A DNA stretch of 64,000 nucleotides, taken from Polyangiaceae bacterium. GTDB lineage: Bacteria; Myxococcota_A; Polyangia; Polyangiales; Polyangiaceae. Where the stretch lies: assembly GCA_016715885.1 (NCBI GenBank), contig JADJXL010000022.1, positions 11,588-75,587 on the forward strand, in the 5' to 3' direction. Each line of letters begins with the position of its first letter. Position 1 is the first letter of the stretch. The position numbers and the translations under genes were made by a program. This document shows positions 62,313 to 64,000 of the stretch, piece after piece. The notes beneath the pieces are model-generated. The model was not told the origin of the DNA, ran no database searches, and was given only the letters and a program-made list of their open reading frames with translations.

Positions 62313-64000
62313 ATGCCGTCGGTCGTCCAATCCAACTTCCGCATCCGTAAGAATCTGGGGCGTGTTCGTCGTATCATCGACGTTCCCAACCTCATCGACA
62401 TCCAGAAATCCAGCTACGACAAGTTTCTGCAAATGAGCATCCCGCCGCACGAGCGGGAAGAAGTCGGGCTCCAAGCGGTCTTCCGCTCGGTATTTCCTAT
62501 CAAGGACTTCAATGGGACGAGCGAGCTCGTCTTTGTGTCCTACAACCTCGAGCCGCCAAAGTACGACGTCGAGGAATGTCGCCAGCGAGGCATGACCTAC
62601 GCGGCGCCGATCAAAGTCACCAATCAGCTCATGATCTACGACACCCGTGACGGTGGCGAGCGCATCGTGCGCGACATCAAGGAGCAGGAGGTGTACTTCG
62701 GCGAGCTTCCGCTGATGACCGACACGGGTACGTTCATCATCAACGGCACCGAACGTGTCGTCGTCAGCCAGCTCCATCGTTCGCCCGGTGTCTTTTTCGA
62801 TCACGACAAAGGCAAGACGCATTCGAGCGGCAAGCTGCTCTATTCGGCGCGCGTCATTCCGTATCGCGGATCGTGGCTCGACTTCGAGTTCGACCCGAAG
62901 GACATCATTTACGTGCGTATCGACCGTCGCCGGAAGATGCACGCCACGGTCCTTTTGCGCGCGCTCGGCTACTCCACGCAGGACCTGCTCAACTACTTCT
63001 ATTCGACGGAAACCGTCTATCTCGAGAAGGGCGGCAAGTACGCCAAGAGCATCGAGTACGACCTTCTCGCCGGTCAGCGCGCGACGCGTGACATCAAGAT
63101 CAAGGAAGATGTCATCGTCAAGAAAAACACGAAGTTCACGCGCGCCGCGATTCGCAAAATGAAGGAAGCGAAGCTCGAACGTCTCGGCATCGAGATCGAA
63201 GAGCTCGTCGGCAAAGTCGCCGCGCATGACGTCGTCGACCCGGAAACGGGCGAGGTCATCATCGAGGTGAACGAAGAGCTGACCGAATCGAAGCTCGACC
63301 GCATTCGTGATGCAAAGCTCGACAGCTTCCGCATCCTCTTCATCGACGGCCTCAACGTCGGCTCGTACCTGCGCGACACGCTGCTCGCGGACAAGGTGAA
63401 GACGCAGGAGGATTCGATCCTGGAGATCTACAGGCGTCTGCGCCCCGGTGATCCTCCGACGCTCGAGACGGCCAAGACGCTGTTCCAGAACCTGTTTTTC
63501 AACCCCGAGCGTTACGACCTGTCGAAGGTCGGTCGTCTCAAGTTGAACTACAAGTTTTACCGCGACTTGCCTGAGGGGCAGCGGCCGAATTTGGACCTCA
63601 CGGTTCTCACGCCGCAGGACATTCTCGAGACCGTTCGGCATCTCATCGAGCTGAAGAATGGTCGCGGATCGGTCGATGACATCGACCACCTCGGTAATCG
63701 TCGTGTGCGTGCCGTCGGTGAGCTGATGGAAAATCAGTACCGAATCGGTCTCGTGCGCATGGAGCGAGCGATCAAGGAGCGTATGAGCATGTCGCAAGAG
63801 ATCGACACGCTCATGCCGCACGACCTCATCAACGCCAAGCCGGTGAGTGCGGTCGTGAAGGAGTACTTCGGTAGCTCGCAGCTCTCGCAGTTCATGGACC
63901 AGACAAACCCGCTGTCCGAAGTGACGCACAAACGTCGTTTGTCCGCGCTCGGTCCGGGCGGTCTGACGCGCGAACGAGCGGGCTTCGAAGTGCGCGACGT
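62313..64000 (+). CDS. rpoB: DNA-directed RNA polymerase beta subunit (3'-truncated at window end)
   Basis: GGAGG lies 7 nt before ATG 62313. The N-terminus reads [40 protein letters not shown]. The frame stays open to 64000, so the ORF finder did not list it. Confidence 0.9.
   Translation, partial: MPSVVQSNFRIRKNLGRVRRIIDVPNLIDIQKSSYDKFLQMSIPPHEREEVGLQAVFRSVFPIKDFNGTSELVFVSYNLEPPKYDVEECRQRGMTYAAPIKVTNQLMIYDTRDGGERIVRDIKEQEVYFGELPLMTDTGTFIINGTERVVVSQLHRSPGVFFDHDKGKTHSSGKLLYSARVIPYRGSWLDFEFDPKDIIYVRIDRRRKMHATVLLRALGYSTQDLLNYFYSTETVYLEKGGKYAKSIEYDLLAGQRATRDIKIKEDVIVKKNTKFTRAAIRKMKEAKLERLGIEIEELVGKVAAHDVVDPETGEVIIEVNEELTESKLDRIRDAKLDSFRILFIDGLNVGSYLRDTLLADKVKTQEDSILEIYRRLRPGDPPTLETAKTLFQNLFFNPERYDLSKVGRLKLNYKFYRDLPEGQRPNLDLTVLTPQDILETVRHLIELKNGRGSVDDIDHLGNRRVRAVGELMENQYRIGLVRMERAIKERMSMSQEIDTLMPHDLINAKPVSAVVKEYFGSSQLSQFMDQTNPLSEVTHKRRLSALGPGGLTRERAGFEVRD

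Noticed and set aside
62070-63929. 619-aa minus-strand ORF
   Set aside because: It is antisense to rpoB, whose N-terminus and RBS are unambiguous on the plus strand. This is a high-GC antisense open frame.

Overview
This is a high-GC (about 65-70%) segment that looks myxobacterial (Myxococcota; Sorangium/Polyangium-like features such as a MYXO-CTERM tail, Myxococcus Cys-rich repeats and an MglA paralog). Positions 1-56,000 form a gene-dense region rich in secreted, lipoprotein and repeat-containing proteins: a tandem P-domain/Cys-rich-repeat giant protein, a collagen-like protein with exact 216-bp repeats, a MopE-type Cys-repeat lipoprotein, a MYXO-CTERM metallophosphatase and a beta-propeller/di-heme cytochrome c peroxidase lipoprotein. 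The same region carries an ergothioneine egtD-egtB pair, two sensor kinases, thiolase, RNase J, SppA, a B12-dependent class II RNR (nrdJ) flanked by inverted copies of a roughly 90-nt G7/C7-terminated hairpin element, and a co-directional cluster of M48 peptidase, bacterial dynamin, an MglA-paralog GTPase, a PocR sensor kinase and thiL. Further on are a poly-proline (P28) PEGA protein, a 735-aa sigma factor with four N-terminal tandem repeats, a TSP3/vWA lipoprotein-Omp85-periplasmic protein operon, hisIE, lgt and a Ser/Thr kinase. The last 8 kb is the universally conserved tRNA(Thr,Tyr,Gly,Thr)-tuf-rpmG-tRNA(Trp)-secE-nusG-rplK-rplA-rplJ-rplL-rpoB locus. No CRISPR array, rRNA or obvious transposase was seen. 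The strongest candidates for a novel system are the BDLP/MglA-like/PocR-kinase GTPase cluster, the repeat-bearing sigma factor, and the inverted-repeat-flanked nrdJ.
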